Shown one piece after another: positions 61,913 to 64,000 of a stretch of 64,000 nucleotides of DNA. The stretch covers positions 9,599 through 73,598 of the forward strand of contig MU057930.1 in assembly GCA_013265495.1 (NCBI GenBank), given 5' to 3'. Source of the DNA: Vicugna vicugna (taxonomy: Eukaryota). A program made the translations under genes and the position numbers. Position 1 is the stretch's first letter, and every line of letters starts with the position of its first letter. The notes below the pieces were generated by a model. That model made no database searches, had not been told where the DNA came from, and saw nothing but the letters and a program-made list of their open reading frames with translations.

Positions 61913-64000
61913 GTACACTTTCCGCAGGTCCCAGCAGGATCTGATTATCTGCCCCCTTCAGCCTTCCTGGGCAGGCGCTGTTGGGCAGCACGTCCCGGGA
62001 AAGCTGAAGTGTGTTCCCCGGGCGCCGCGTGAGGGAGAGCGGCGTCACTTCTGAGCAGACGACGAGGCCCCATAAGCGATGCTTCCTCTGGTTCACACAA
62101 CATATCCCTTTCTATCTACAGCTTAAAAAAAATGATCTCCGAGACTTGTAAGAGGACAGAAGACGTGTCAAACATGAAGCCACACGGGTCGGGTTTTGTC
62201 AGAGGCGGTGGGATCCGGGAACAGGTGCCCGCGGTGGTGGCGGTAGGGGAGCCGGGCTGAGGGCTTGGCGGGTTTGTAGTTAAAAGTTTTTCCCGGCGTG
62301 AGGCCATTCTTGAGTCTCGGGGGCTGTCGGAGCCCGAAGCTACACACCCCGTTTCAATCCAATTCAGCACAACAAACGTTTATTAAATGCTCACCAACAT
62401 GTGGTTGGCTCCCAAGGCAAAGAAAGGCAATTTTGGAAAGAGGCCCCGCCGTCCTGGAGCGGACGACCAGCAGGGCAGGGAAAGGGGACAGAGGATGGGA
62501 TTAAAAGTGTGCTGAACAGAGCTGCAGGCAGTGTACGTGCGGCCGGAGGAGGGGAAAAATGCATGCTTCATAATTGCATAATTATAGGGGGCCTTACGGT
62601 TTTGGAAACGCTTTCACATCGATTATGCCAGCCATGTGCACAACACTCAGGAGAGAGCATTACCCAGAATTAACAAATTACGAAAACCGAGGGGCAGAGC
62701 AGAGGGAGGGGAGGGGCTGCACTGAGTGGCCAGATCTCGGTCCTTCCAGAGACCCCAACCCTCTCCATCCTCCTCCTCCGTCTGCTTCCAGGTGACACAC
62801 GTGCCCCCTGTGCGCGTGGCCCCGCGTATCAACTCCCTCCCCGCCTGCATTTCCGAAACCCCACCCTCTGTCTGCTCCTCGGAGCTGCAGACACACAGTC
62901 GTGGCAGCCCGGCTGGCGTCCGGGAGGAGAGACCCGACTCTCACACCTCAGGGCTGACCGTCCTGAAGTCCCCGCTTGCCCGTCCCCCACTCTTCGGACA
63001 GGCACCACCACGCTCTCCGATTTCCCTGCATCAGAAACCCCAAAGGCTCCCCGAGTCTTTCTTCTTTCGTCTTTCATGGTCAACCAGCCAAGACCTGGCG
63101 ATTTTATCTCTGGCATCGTTTGCAGAATGATCTCCGTGTCTCCCTCACCGCCATGTGCGACCCCATCCCTGCAACAGCCCGACACCAGACCTCGGGGCCC
63201 CCTGTGGCCTCCCGTCCATCGGATGCTCTGCAGGTTGGATGCATCTGATCCTAAAACCCCGTCGCTGACGTCCTGGGACATGGTCCAGCCCCGGCGTCTG
63301 GGACACGCGTCGCACGTGACCGATGGTAAGCTTGTGCTCGTCTGCGTCCGCAGTGGGGCTGGGGCCGGCTGTCCTTACGACAACTGAGACGGAAGCAGCT
63401 CAGGTACTGCACGACTCCAGGGTGCACATGGGGACTCAGCTGAAATAGGGGCACGGAGGGTGTAACCAGCCTCCTCTTGAGCCACTGCATCACACCGAAG
63501 GTCCCAGTCTCGCTCAGGTCCTTGGAGCTTGGCCCAGCCTTCAACCCTCCCGCAAAGGCTGCACCCTCACCGAAGCCTCCTTCACGCCCAGCTCAACGTC
63601 TGCACCCCGTGTCTCCTGCCACTGACAATGGGTAGCTCGTTGCCACCAGACTTCTCCATCGAGCGCTCGTGAAAACGGCTGAGAAGCCAACCGATGGCTC
63701 ACCGGTGGCGTTCTGGTCGTTCTGGTCGCCCTGGTGCAATCGTGGGACGTGCCCGCACAACGCCCCCCTAACCGCCTTCACAGCTGTGTGCCCGGAGCAC
63801 GTGTGAGACGCCTGCAGTCCCAGAGGACGTCATGCCCGGACTCCCTGCTCCGTGCCTCCGGGCGAGCCCCAGCTGCCGGGACTTCTCCTCCACGGTGCGC
63901 CGGAGAGCTGGGCCGGGCCAACCTGCCCATGAAGGCAGCGTCTGAAGCCCACGAGCTCGCCAAAGACGCGAGACGGCAGTCTTGAGAGCTGAGGTCCGAG

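Noticed and set aside
63251..63544. Minus-strand ORF with SPHVHPGVV, resembling the SDR DPGVV motif, as a possible DHRSX penultimate exon
   Set aside because: Lacks the YxxSK catalytic motif and the expected flanking residues; the true upstream exons probably lie beyond the window.
59300..64000. ZBED1 or another nested PAR gene
   Set aside because: No long single-exon BED-finger/hAT ORF is present; ZBED1 lies near the 5' end of DHRSX.

Overview
Mammalian genomic DNA, almost certainly camelid (alpaca, llama or camel): five tRNA-Ala-derived vic-1-type SINEs and cetartiodactyl-type L1 3' UTRs are present. The only protein-coding sequence I can recognise is the terminal coding exon of DHRSX on the minus strand (58308-58511; SPEEGSWTSVYAAVSPALEGVGGRYLYNEKETK...). 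The ORF track misses it because it starts at a splice acceptor. DHRSX is a pseudoautosomal (PAR) gene in human and other eutherians, so this window is probably the PAR interval 3' of DHRSX plus part of its last intron. The remainder is repeat-rich: L1 fragments, MLT1/MLT2 LTRs, MER20/MER58A/MER53/Charlie1 DNA transposons, MIR/L2, and long micro- and minisatellites. There is also an orphan CpG island broken by a 72-N gap. Most ORF-track entries are GC-rich or repeat noise. The most unusual signals: (1) ancient MLT1C-like LTRs whose cores are near-identical across 48 kb while their ends diverge, one with a visible duplicated junction, suggesting ectopic gene conversion or concerted evolution of dispersed repeats; (2) strong AT-to-GC rewriting of an old L1; (3) a 108-bp duplicate of the DHRSX stop-codon region; (4) a 14-bp minisatellite next to the DHRSX terminal acceptor; (5) identical 15-bp sequences on both sides of the gap. 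No novel protein system is supported. Repeat subfamily names come from recalled consensus sequences and repeat boundaries are approximate.
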